Positions 11,001-19,073 of a stretch of DNA of 64,000 bases are shown here, piece by piece. The DNA is taken from the NCBI GenBank assembly GCA_965207455.1, contig CBDBMJ010000001.1, positions 1,664,001 to 1,728,000 of the forward strand. Reading direction: 5' to 3'. The notes beneath the pieces were generated by a model. That model had not been told where the DNA came from. It saw nothing but the letters and a program-made list of their open reading frames with translations, and ran no database searches. The position numbers and the translations under genes are program-made. The stretch's first letter is position 1; each line of letters starts with the position of its first letter. This DNA comes from Bdellovibrionota bacterium (lineage in GTDB: Bacteria > Bdellovibrionota > UBA1018 > CAIPTA01 > JAALKR01).

Positions 11001-11312
11001 TGATTCTCCTGTTTCCCTTACGCTAAGTGCTGGAGGGGAGATAAAGCCCCGATTTTGCCATATTTGGGAAGACCGAGGTTCTAGCTCAAAAATATCCCAG
11101 AACCCTTGAAGCTCCCCTTGCTTGACCTCTTGGATGCTTAGGATCTCCTTATTATAGGTGAGATCTGTAGCAGGTGGACGAAATATATGCTCTTCATCTT
11201 CAAGAGGAATATAGTCGGGCATTTTGGAAAGAGGGGATGCTTCGGCACTGTTCGTATACACAAACCCAAGTAATAGGGCGAATATAAAGTATTTTTTAAA
11301 ATTCATAATCAT
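8079..11312 (-). CDS. Large secreted hypothetical protein
   Basis: ORF of ~1080 aa with a signal peptide (AEA), translationally coupled to the S8 gene. Confidence 0.8.
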   Translation of the reverse strand: MIMNFKKYFIFALLLGFVYTNSAEASPLSKMPDYIPLEDEEHIFRPPATDLTYNKEILSIQEVKQGELQGFWDIFELEPRSSQIWQNRGFISPPALSVRETGESFTYLKAVDPSPPDFHQLSVKQFQPNGSEKIFTIFLGKKVHSILLRMAILRKLGYSVPPIAYLKSFRVNFGRNRFILADYIGTKVPQDTLGTPNRWIKNIEQGNTENISTGETTTYWKVKEDATYLEMQDGIIMAQSSQYNLAIGMNVSRIDRGRRIFRSLKVPYALTDVPESVNLFSWNLGKTVDGHLHLPYSIARNGLKPDLADVHWMALRVAKLTRKDFEEIVQAAHLPEEVSTVLVEKIISRRNDLIKKLELQSFVKQKVIPFSPKISLGKNLKNGKLMQENWEGYGSRFAFGDPESPLSKSEIRAYFTSEVISNALSALMLEINETLLPPANVLAKGQESFNNKFFDTLIESIKTGEAKEIPFSTWSTPYYSANIIASRNIVVGQYLGTNNRIQLADSIGVALEAGVFMGAYGDLPKNMSLSAGANGFYSKVYTHLTPVTSVKQAMKSPFKNLFVPMVKDKYAEIFDDLLDGNFDEVEDEEKQKKIKKAMSLFHKNMKSGESFIISDRFGAYARLNPSYSPGNLLRIYAEVRATETIISRLHIYKESKNSIHIYDDTGNALKFSFGFGIKALDVSILQFNVRKMPYGTASIDHYKLNIEPEMKKNKKVMENIHALRAILFNGSLELLRTWQNPWKIRHKVSETVSSFNFLYFTSKKLRNQALIDVERPNGQKGKIIRANMGGRVGKDPSTMAINALSSILNKWLKSDISLKIQNNGDPGNTLYGSSQTHTSVLEAIVNEEHSGKNFLENPYVRLEHRWRGWETDKKDILKRIKNINKQFSYDVFDLKRFNDVENIQLYSFVVNVNLYEKSILNIMNMPKKDLRRLFKKHGKCWNSVQYDCRITNPAADMITRRVNPLRKLQYMKAKYQRSVKSGDAEAAANYALKTIDFLSGHTNLDGLAAFAGGMENIYVQPRITGFREGDESAYESILGNSRGRVSSKMVQGPSNFLLQASKMSHGEFFALWLLEFL

Positions 11313-11525
11313 ATTAAAACTCTCTTTCCTTTCTGACAAGATGCACTATAGCATGGAGATTTTAATATTGCAATGCATTTATTGCATAGTATCAAAATTC
11401 GCGAATTGACTCATAAAAAACGTCACCAAAATGGCCTTGAGAACAGTGAGTTACGGCTCGGTTGACTCACAACACAATTCCAGGGAAAATATAAATACAA
11501 AATTAACAGACCAAGGAGGTACATT

Positions 11526-12716
11526 ATGAACAAACAAGCCGTAACACAATATTTACTAGCAATAGCGGAGCTTTACCGCAATAGCCTTAAGAGAGAAAAA
11601 ACGAGAATACTGGATGAGGCCGTGAAGGTGTGTCCGCTAAACCGTAAGCAGATCATCAGACGCCTGCAAAAGGGTCCAGAGAGCATCATAAGGGGAGGGG
11701 GTTCTGGGAGGAGATTCCAGTACCCCCGAGGGCTCCTTAAGCCCTATATTCGCAAATTATGGACGAGGATGGGCTATCCCTGTGCTCTAATCATGCAGGC
11801 AAGTATGGAAGAGTGGCTAGAGTATTTGCCTGTTGATATGAACTTTCCTAGCGCTATAAAAAGAAAGCTTTTGCAGATGAGTGCCTCTACTGTAGGCAGA
11901 TTTTTAAAAGAAATTAGAGGAGATAGAAATAAAGGAAAAAGCACCACTAGACCTGCTAGTAGTTATCTGAAGAGCAAGGTTCCCATAAATACATTGGGCT
12001 TTCGACCCGAAGAACCAGGATACTTGCAGGCAGATACGGTGTCTCACTGTGGAACAAATGTAGGCGGCTTATACGCCTCTACCCTTACCACTACAGACGT
12101 ATATTCCTCTTGGACAGAGAATAGAGCTATTCTAGGAAAAAGGGCGCATAAGGTTAGTCAGAAATTCTATGAAATTCAAAAGGAATTGCCTTTTTTAATA
12201 ATAGGAATAAATACAGACTCTGGAACAGAGTTTATCAACAATGAAGTGGTAAATTTTATGAATAGCAATGGCAGGAGAATTAATTTTACTAGGTCCAGGC
12301 CTTATCGTAAGAATGACAATTGCTTCGTGGAACAAAAGAACTTTACCCATGTAAGAGAGCTTATGGGCTACGACAGGATAGAGGATAAAGCTCACATAGA
12401 TTTGATGAATGATATTTATATAAATTACTGGAACCCGTTAAAAAACTTTTTTATTCCGTGTTTGAAATTGAAGGAGAAGTATAGAGAAAAGTCTAGAGTG
12501 ATAAAAAAGTACCATAAAGCACAAACGCCCTTTAATTGGCTAATGAAATCGGATGCTCTGTCCGAGGAGTATAAAAGGAGATTAAGAAAAAGAAAAAAAG
12601 AACTCAATCCCTTTGTCCTGAAAAGCGAAATGGACAAAAAACTAGACCAGCTTTTTTTATTATTGCAGCGGTCTAAGGACCCTAGTTTTTCTTTATATTT
12701 TTGCGAAGCTCGATAA
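11526..12716 (+). CDS. DDE integrase-core (rve) transposase, ISNCY/IS481-like
   Basis: PGYLQADTVSHCG, TDSGTEFIN and FTRSRPYRKNDNCFVEQKN; strong SD AAGGAGG; second decayed copy in the window. Confidence 0.88.
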   Translation: MNKQAVTQYLLAIAELYRNSLKREKTRILDEAVKVCPLNRKQIIRRLQKGPESIIRGGGSGRRFQYPRGLLKPYIRKLWTRMGYPCALIMQASMEEWLEYLPVDMNFPSAIKRKLLQMSASTVGRFLKEIRGDRNKGKSTTRPASSYLKSKVPINTLGFRPEEPGYLQADTVSHCGTNVGGLYASTLTTTDVYSSWTENRAILGKRAHKVSQKFYEIQKELPFLIIGINTDSGTEFINNEVVNFMNSNGRRINFTRSRPYRKNDNCFVEQKNFTHVRELMGYDRIEDKAHIDLMNDIYINYWNPLKNFFIPCLKLKEKYREKSRVIKKYHKAQTPFNWLMKSDALSEEYKRRLRKRKKELNPFVLKSEMDKKLDQLFLLLQRSKDPSFSLYFCEAR

Positions 12717-13371
12717 TGTCCCCGTTGGTAGCATCCACCCTAGCCTCGTACACACCTTGAGTGAATTGATAAATAAGGGAAACTCGCCCAGATGAGGCAT
12801 AGGAAATACGAAGTCCACCGTTCTCTGGACCAATTTTAAAACTCACATTAGAGTACTTTGTTTTTAGTGCATTTTTGGCAATAGAGGCAGCTACTTCGAT
12901 TTCAATCTTTTGCTTCGGGATTTGTGTATCAGCAAGGATTAGATTACTACTTATTAACGCTTTTTCTCCATCTTTTCCATATAACTGAATAGTCAAGCGT
13001 GCTCCCAAAACAGAAATACCATTAATTTCCTGACGATAGATAAAGATATTTAACGTTGTATTCTCTTCCTCTAGTTTGATTTCTTTTAGATTAATATTTG
13101 GAAGTCTTTCCTTATACTGTTCTAAGATTTCTTTGCCCCTCTCTTCACTTTGTTCTTCTGGTGCACTTGAGGCTAGCTTTCTTTCCAGTTGGTGCCGGCG
13201 CCGCTTTTGTTGTTGGGCTTGGTTTTGAGGAACGGAAACAGACCTGTGAGCTTTTAGTATGGGGATAGAAGACGTGGGCAACTCACCTTCCCTTTGATAA
13301 TTACTAATAAAAAAGCTTACTGCTCCAGCGAGTACAATGATAAAAAACAATAAAGGTACGTTTGAGCGCAT
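12682..13371 (-). CDS. Stand-alone FTP/PepSY-like metalloprotease propeptide protein with an N-terminal hydrophobic anchor
   Basis: YRQEINGISVLGARLTI (FTP-like) and YEARVDATNGDII (PepSY-like); no HExxH; SD AGGAG. Confidence 0.7.
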   Translation of the reverse strand: MRSNVPLLFFIIVLAGAVSFFISNYQREGELPTSSIPILKAHRSVSVPQNQAQQQKRRRHQLERKLASSAPEEQSEERGKEILEQYKERLPNINLKEIKLEEENTTLNIFIYRQEINGISVLGARLTIQLYGKDGEKALISSNLILADTQIPKQKIEIEVAASIAKNALKTKYSNVSFKIGPENGGLRISYASSGRVSLIYQFTQGVYEARVDATNGDIIELRKNIKKN

Positions 13372-13399
13372 ATTTCTCCTATCTATTAAATTGTATCAT

Positions 13400-15037
13400 T
13401 TAATTGGGTGGCTCCACCACAGTTACACTGAAATTTATATCCTTTTTATGACCGCTCATGGAGGTGATTTTTGTAGTGAAATCTTTTACCCCAGCACTGG
13501 TAAATTTCATAAGGAAAATGGCATCGATGGAGTTCTTGACTGTAAAATCTCTTCCAGCATTGTCAAAAGTATCCACAAAGTCGGCACCACTCCCATCCAG
13601 TCGAAAATAAGTTCCAATTTCACCACCAACGGGAATTTCTACACCGTTAGAAAGACCAGTCGTAACAAGAGTGCTTTCTACTAAACCTAGAGCACCAGCA
13701 CTGGACTCCGGATTGAGTAAAACAAGGGTTACTTTGTTTGTATCGCCTGTGTAAAAGAAAGCAACAGGGTCGCCATCTGCATTTCTATCTTGAGTACATG
13801 TATCAAAGTCAAACACACCGTTTTCTATGCTACATGTTAATATATACATAGGTTCATGTTCACTATTTGTGCTTAGCTGGAAAGTCTCAAGAGAGTCATT
13901 TTCTCGTAAAAGCCCCTTGTCTGTAAAAGTTTTTTTGATTGTATTTATTTGAACTGTTGTTAAATCCTGCGCTATAGCAGCCGACTCCATAGCCGGGTAT
14001 ACATGCTTATAGTAAAGGGGGGATGCAGTTAGTGCTGTTAACGTTCTATACACTAACTCGTCAGTAATAGTTGCTCCCAGTTCTGTTCGGATTTCCCATA
14101 AAACCTCTGTAAGGGGTTTGGAATCGCGGTGAACTTTATCTACTATAACTTCCGGGTAGTGGTTGTCGGCTAAAGCATTACGGACATCCAAGTGTTTGGT
14201 ACGGCAATCTTCATCAGCCTCACTGGGAGTAAGAGCGTTGAAAATATTTGTATAGGCATCCACTCCATCAAGAAACCAGCTAGCCAAAGCGCTAGGGCTG
14301 TTGTTGATGGTGTGAGCCCAATAATCTGCGAGAGACTCATCAATGGCACCAGCTTCTGCTGAGGAACTTAGTCGATCGTATGTATTTGCAGAGTGATTCA
14401 AACGATGTCCCGCTTCGTGAACGATAGCATCAGCATCATCGGATGCCCAAACTAAGCTAGTGGAATCTAGTGTTTTTGTTTCTACACAACCCTTTCCGTT
14501 CAGTTTATAGCCAAATGTGGAAGTGGACGTTACTCCAAGGCACATATATCCATTTGTGCTTATCCATGCGCCATTCAAAAATTTGCAATTTGCGTTGATA
14601 GTAAGATCTTTAAAGCTCCCTCCCAATTGAGCAACTCTATCTCTTAGCACATTTGACCAATAGTAAGCATTGACTTGACGAAACTCTGGACTATCTAATG
14701 AATAGCTACTTAAATCATCATGGGTTTTGACAAGACTGCTGGGAAAGAAACTAAAGGTTGTGCTCATTTTTACGAATTCATTTTTTAAATTACAACTGCC
14801 ATCTGTTCGTATTGTAAGCTCCCTGCCACTTAGAACGGATAGGTCAGAACCCACACTAATTGTACTATCTTCAGCCCTATTGGGATCCGTACCTAAGGAC
14901 ACACGACCAAGCTGAGAACTTTGGCAACTATCAGTACTTCCATCATTAAAATTTTCAGAACAACCATTGAGGAGGAAAATCATGAGAAACATAGTTCTAA
15001 AGGGTGCTGCGAAGATAGCTAAATATTGTTGCCACAT
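13400..15037 (-). CDS. M4/M36-like gluzincin metalloprotease, putative lipoprotein (paralogue 2)
   Basis: HEAGH, ESLADY, VHRDS, VNAYY; lipobox LNGC; SD AAGGAGG before the ATG at 15037. Confidence 0.85.
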   Translation of the reverse strand: MWQQYLAIFAAPFRTMFLMIFLLNGCSENFNDGSTDSCQSSQLGRVSLGTDPNRAEDSTISVGSDLSVLSGRELTIRTDGSCNLKNEFVKMSTTFSFFPSSLVKTHDDLSSYSLDSPEFRQVNAYYWSNVLRDRVAQLGGSFKDLTINANCKFLNGAWISTNGYMCLGVTSTSTFGYKLNGKGCVETKTLDSTSLVWASDDADAIVHEAGHRLNHSANTYDRLSSSAEAGAIDESLADYWAHTINNSPSALASWFLDGVDAYTNIFNALTPSEADEDCRTKHLDVRNALADNHYPEVIVDKVHRDSKPLTEVLWEIRTELGATITDELVYRTLTALTASPLYYKHVYPAMESAAIAQDLTTVQINTIKKTFTDKGLLRENDSLETFQLSTNSEHEPMYILTCSIENGVFDFDTCTQDRNADGDPVAFFYTGDTNKVTLVLLNPESSAGALGLVESTLVTTGLSNGVEIPVGGEIGTYFRLDGSGADFVDTFDNAGRDFTVKNSIDAIFLMKFTSAGVKDFTTKITSMSGHKKDINFSVTVVEPPN

Positions 15038-15054
15038 AAACCCTCCTTGAAGCA

Positions 15055-16707
15055 TCACTCATTGGATGGGACCACCACGGGTGGAGCCACCACAGTTATA
15101 CTAAAATTTAAATCCTTTTTTTGACCGCTCATGGAGGTAATTTTTGCAGTAAAATCTTTTACCCCACCACTACTGAACTTCATAATAAAAATGGCAGGCT
15201 TAGTGTCAGAGACGCTAAGATTTTTCCCAGCCCCTGGAAGAGTATCTATAAAGTCGGATCCACTCCCATTAAGTCGAAAATAAGTTCCAACTTCACCACC
15301 AACAGGAACCTCCACACCTTCAGGAAGCTCACTCGTAACAAGAGTGCTTTCTATTAAACCTAGAGTGCCGGCACTGGATTCTGGATTGAGTAAAATAAAA
15401 GTTATTTTTTCTGGAGAGCCTGTGTAAAAGAAAGCAGCGGGATCGCCACTTGTATCTTTCTCTCGAGTACATTTCGAAGCTTGAATCACATTGTTTTTAA
15501 TTTCACACATCCATATATATATAGGGTAATGATGATTCTTTGTGCTTAATTGAAAGCTCTCAAGAGAATCATCCTCTCGTAAAAGTCCTTTATCTTTAAA
15601 AGTTTTTTTGATTATATTTATATTATCTGTTGTTAAATCCTGTGCTATGGCAGCCAATTCCATAGCCGGGTATACATGCTTATAGTAAAGACGGGATGCA
15701 GTTAGTGCTGTTAACGTTCTATACACTAACTCATCAGTAATAGTTGCTCCCAGCTCCGTTCGAATTTTCCATAAAACCTCTGTAAGGGGTTTGGAATCGC
15801 GGTGAACTTTATCTACTATAACTTCCGGGTAGTGGTTATTGTCTAAAGCATTTCGGATATCTGGGGAAAACAAAATGTTACAACTAAAACTAGCATTATC
15901 AGTAAGAGCATTGAAAATACCCGCATAGGCATCCACTCCATCAAGAAACCAGCTACTCAAAGCGCTAGGGCTGTTGTTGATGGTATGAGCCCAGTAATCT
16001 GATAAAGACTCATCAATGGCACCAGCCTCTGATGAGGAGCTTAGTCGATCGTATGTGCTTGTGAAATGGTTCAAGCGATGTCCTGCCTCATGGATGATAA
16101 CGTCAGCATCGTCAGATGCCCAGACTAGACCAGTAGATTTTAAAGTGCTTACCTCTATACAAGATTCTTCGTTTAGTTTATAGCCAGGCGTGGAAGTGGA
16201 CGTTACTCCAAGGCACATATATCCATTTGTGCTTATCCATGCGTTATTCAAACGTTCGCAATTTGCGTCGATAGTAAGATCTTTAAAGCTCCCTCCGAAT
16301 CGACTAACTCTATTTCTTAGCACATTTGACCAATGGTAAGCATTGACTTGACGAAACTCTGGACTATCTAATGAATAGCTACTTAAATCATCATCGGTTT
16401 TGACAAGACTGTTGGGAAAGAGACTAAGAGATGTGCCCATTTTTATGGATCCATTTTTCAAATCACAGTTGCCATCCGTCTGTACTGTAACCTGCTGACC
16501 GTGTAGACCGGATAGATCAGAACCCACACTAATTCCACCCGCCTCAGCCCTAGGATCCGCACCTAAGGACACACGACCCAATTGAGAACTCCGACACTCA
16601 GAATCTGAACAGCCATTAAGGAGGAGAAGAATGGTAAGTTTGAATACAGTTCTAAACGGCAGGGTGATACATTCAAAATACTTTACCATACACCTTTTAT
16701 TATACAC
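15055..16707 (-). CDS. M4/M36-like gluzincin metalloprotease, putative lipoprotein (paralogue 1)
   Basis: NNAW, HEAGH, ESLSDY, VHRDS; lipobox LNGC; the start may be the ATG at 16689. Confidence 0.85.
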   Translation of the reverse strand: MYNKRCMVKYFECITLPFRTVFKLTILLLLNGCSDSECRSSQLGRVSLGADPRAEAGGISVGSDLSGLHGQQVTVQTDGNCDLKNGSIKMGTSLSLFPNSLVKTDDDLSSYSLDSPEFRQVNAYHWSNVLRNRVSRFGGSFKDLTIDANCERLNNAWISTNGYMCLGVTSTSTPGYKLNEESCIEVSTLKSTGLVWASDDADVIIHEAGHRLNHFTSTYDRLSSSSEAGAIDESLSDYWAHTINNSPSALSSWFLDGVDAYAGIFNALTDNASFSCNILFSPDIRNALDNNHYPEVIVDKVHRDSKPLTEVLWKIRTELGATITDELVYRTLTALTASRLYYKHVYPAMELAAIAQDLTTDNINIIKKTFKDKGLLREDDSLESFQLSTKNHHYPIYIWMCEIKNNVIQASKCTREKDTSGDPAAFFYTGSPEKITFILLNPESSAGTLGLIESTLVTSELPEGVEVPVGGEVGTYFRLNGSGSDFIDTLPGAGKNLSVSDTKPAIFIMKFSSGGVKDFTAKITSMSGQKKDLNFSITVVAPPVVVPSNE

Positions 16708-16817
16708 TGCGCAATAAATAATGGAAAGAGGAAATCCAGAGATCTATGAAAATAGCTTTTGGATCATAAGCTTTACACGCTAGAGGATTTTTTTTGACTT
16801 AGTAAATGAATAAACCG

Positions 16818-18782
16818 TTACCGTGTTCTGGAAAAAACAAAGGGATAGGACACTTCAACAATGCCGCCGCCAAGTGGTTTCGGAAAGCGTATGCTTTTTA
16901 TAACCTTTACCAAACATCGTTCCACGGGTCTATTATTGAGGCTCGATGAAGTAACGGTAGCTCTACTCACTCGTCCAGAACCCTGAATAAGAAAGCGAGT
17001 GCTCACACGCCCCTCAAAGGATGGACCTTTTCCAGAGAGTTGTTTTTCATAGCAATAGCGGATTTGCTCGAAGTAGGTTTTAATAATTTCATTAATTGTG
17101 TTTTGATCAAGTCCACCTAAAATGACCACTTCCGTGCTTTCTTCATCACCCACTAAAGATTGAATACTACTGCCTTTAAAGTTCCCGCCAGAAGCAATGG
17201 TACCAGTCTTCTTTCCCGTTTTTCCCACACTCAGTGAATCTGTACCAAGCTTATCAAATCCAAACCTTTTCTTTTGAGTGCCTTTGCCTGTATCAATGTT
17301 TGCAATTCCAGTGTCACTATTATCAATAAAGCCCTGGAAAGGACGTATTTTTTTGGATGCAGATTTAATTACATTTCCTCGTGGTCCAGCTGATTTTAAA
17401 ATATTGCTCAAACCCTGCGCTAGGGTCTGAGTCTTACTCCTACCTCGAGCACCTTTACTTCTAAGATTAGAGCCACTCACAGAATTGGATGGTACTTTAT
17501 TATCTCTTTCTCTCTGCGACTTTGCAAAGTTTGTTTTTTCTACCTTGTTCGTTTGCTTATTTTCGGGCTCTGTGTTTTTTGTTCTCTTTTGGGTAAGTTT
17601 TTTTCCAGCAGGCGGTTCTTTTGTTGGTGACTTCACATAATTTGGTAGACTTTTTACTAACTTAGGCTTCTTTTCAGTCGGTTTTATAATTCTTTTTACT
17701 GATTTAGGTTTCTTTTGGACCGGCTTTGTAACTTCTTTTATTTTATTTTTCAAAATTTTAGTTGGTCGCTTGGCTCTCACAGGCCTGAAAATAATATTAG
17801 TAATTCTTGGTGGAAGTTCTTCTATGGGCAATGGCGGAGGCACTTCTCTTGTAACAGCAGTAACAATCAAGGCAGATGTTAGGGCTAGTGAAGTCAAAAA
17901 TGTACGGAAAAATAAAACGTCTTTTCGCATGGATGCTCTAGTAATCAATGCTGGCGGAGCTGGTGTGAAGCTGATAAATAAAGTTATATCTTTAATTTCT
18001 AATTTTATTAGGTCATTTTTCTTAATTTCTTTTTCATATAGACTGGTTGGGTTTTCTTGCTTCTTCCTAAGCTCATCAATAGTACTCATGGATTTCCCAG
18101 AACGAATTATGCCATTTATATTATTAGTGAGTGCCAAGACGTACTTATTATCTTCAAAGCGTATAAAGGGAAGATTCTTGTATATGGTGGGGATTAGGAA
18201 GTCGCCTCCTGGCTCCTCTCCTATATATATTTCTTCTTTATCCACATAGTTTTTTACATCTAGTATGGTTTTTCCCCAGTACATTATTATCTGTAGAGAA
18301 TGGGTATTTTTACTCTTTTTAAAAATTCTAATGGTCTCTTTTTCATCAATCTGCGTATACTCAGAGGCAGCAGAATATATTTTGGGTCGAGCAGGAATTC
18401 CTTTCTTTTTTTGAGTTGATGGCGCAGCACTTAATGCTATTTTTGTAAATCCTATTTGAATTTCATCATCAGGATAATTTATCTCATGGGAAACAACCTT
18501 TTTTCCATTTACAAATATGCCTGTCTTGCTTGCCATATCATAAATGGAAATATTTCCTTTATCATCTTTTTCCAATATGGCATGGATGTTAGACACTGAA
18601 TTTTCTTTTATGCAGATGTCGCAGGAATTGGCAGAGCCTATAGTGGTTCGCTCATTTTTAATCGGATAAATATTTTCATGCTTATTTCCACGCTTATCCT
18701 TATAAACAGATATATAGATATCTCCTTCTTGGGAATGAGTGGGAGGAGAATTTTTTCTGACTTTATCTTTTTTGTTATTCAT
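16818..18782 (-). CDS. gltG: GltG/PglI-like gliding protein (FHA domain, TM helix, Pro/Lys linker, AgmX/PglI TonB-like C-terminus)
   Basis: FHA motif IGS...VSNIHA; C-terminal IRYCYE...CLV...FPKPLGGGIVEVSYPF. Confidence 0.85.
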   Translation of the reverse strand: MNNKKDKVRKNSPPTHSQEGDIYISVYKDKRGNKHENIYPIKNERTTIGSANSCDICIKENSVSNIHAILEKDDKGNISIYDMASKTGIFVNGKKVVSHEINYPDDEIQIGFTKIALSAAPSTQKKKGIPARPKIYSAASEYTQIDEKETIRIFKKSKNTHSLQIIMYWGKTILDVKNYVDKEEIYIGEEPGGDFLIPTIYKNLPFIRFEDNKYVLALTNNINGIIRSGKSMSTIDELRKKQENPTSLYEKEIKKNDLIKLEIKDITLFISFTPAPPALITRASMRKDVLFFRTFLTSLALTSALIVTAVTREVPPPLPIEELPPRITNIIFRPVRAKRPTKILKNKIKEVTKPVQKKPKSVKRIIKPTEKKPKLVKSLPNYVKSPTKEPPAGKKLTQKRTKNTEPENKQTNKVEKTNFAKSQRERDNKVPSNSVSGSNLRSKGARGRSKTQTLAQGLSNILKSAGPRGNVIKSASKKIRPFQGFIDNSDTGIANIDTGKGTQKKRFGFDKLGTDSLSVGKTGKKTGTIASGGNFKGSSIQSLVGDEESTEVVILGGLDQNTINEIIKTYFEQIRYCYEKQLSGKGPSFEGRVSTRFLIQGSGRVSRATVTSSSLNNRPVERCLVKVIKSIRFPKPLGGGIVEVSYPFVFSRTR

Positions 18783-18801
18783 ATTGCTGTTATTTTACAT
18801 T

Positions 18802-19059
18802 TTATTTCAATAAAAGTGTGTCCCGTATCATTTCTTTATGAAAATTTCTCCTAAGTCGAAATAAACTTCGAAAATTCTTTTGTATTGGGATCACCACATA
18901 CACACCTTCCGGATTGGATTCCCTGCCTTCTATTATGGCATCAGAGAAATTGAATCTTGTTTTTTTCCTATAAATTATTTTCTTCCTTGCTTCTGCGCCG
19001 TCGGGCAAGAAAAGAATGAATATACCCATAGTTAAGAAAATAGTTAGTATTTTTTTCAT
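18802..19059 (-). CDS. gltF: GltF/CglF-like gliding protein
   Basis: Signal peptide, then YRKKTRFNFSDAIIEG..PEG..F.SL.RLR.NF; located upstream of gltG. Confidence 0.8.
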   Translation of the reverse strand: MKKILTIFLTMGIFILFLPDGAEARKKIIYRKKTRFNFSDAIIEGRESNPEGVYVVIPIQKNFRSLFRLRRNFHKEMIRDTLLLK

Positions 19060-19073
19060 ACTTTACCTCACTG

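Noticed and set aside
13400..16707. Paralogue variation as a diversity-generating retroelement
   Set aside because: No reverse transcriptase in the window; the differences include indels and are not adenine-specific
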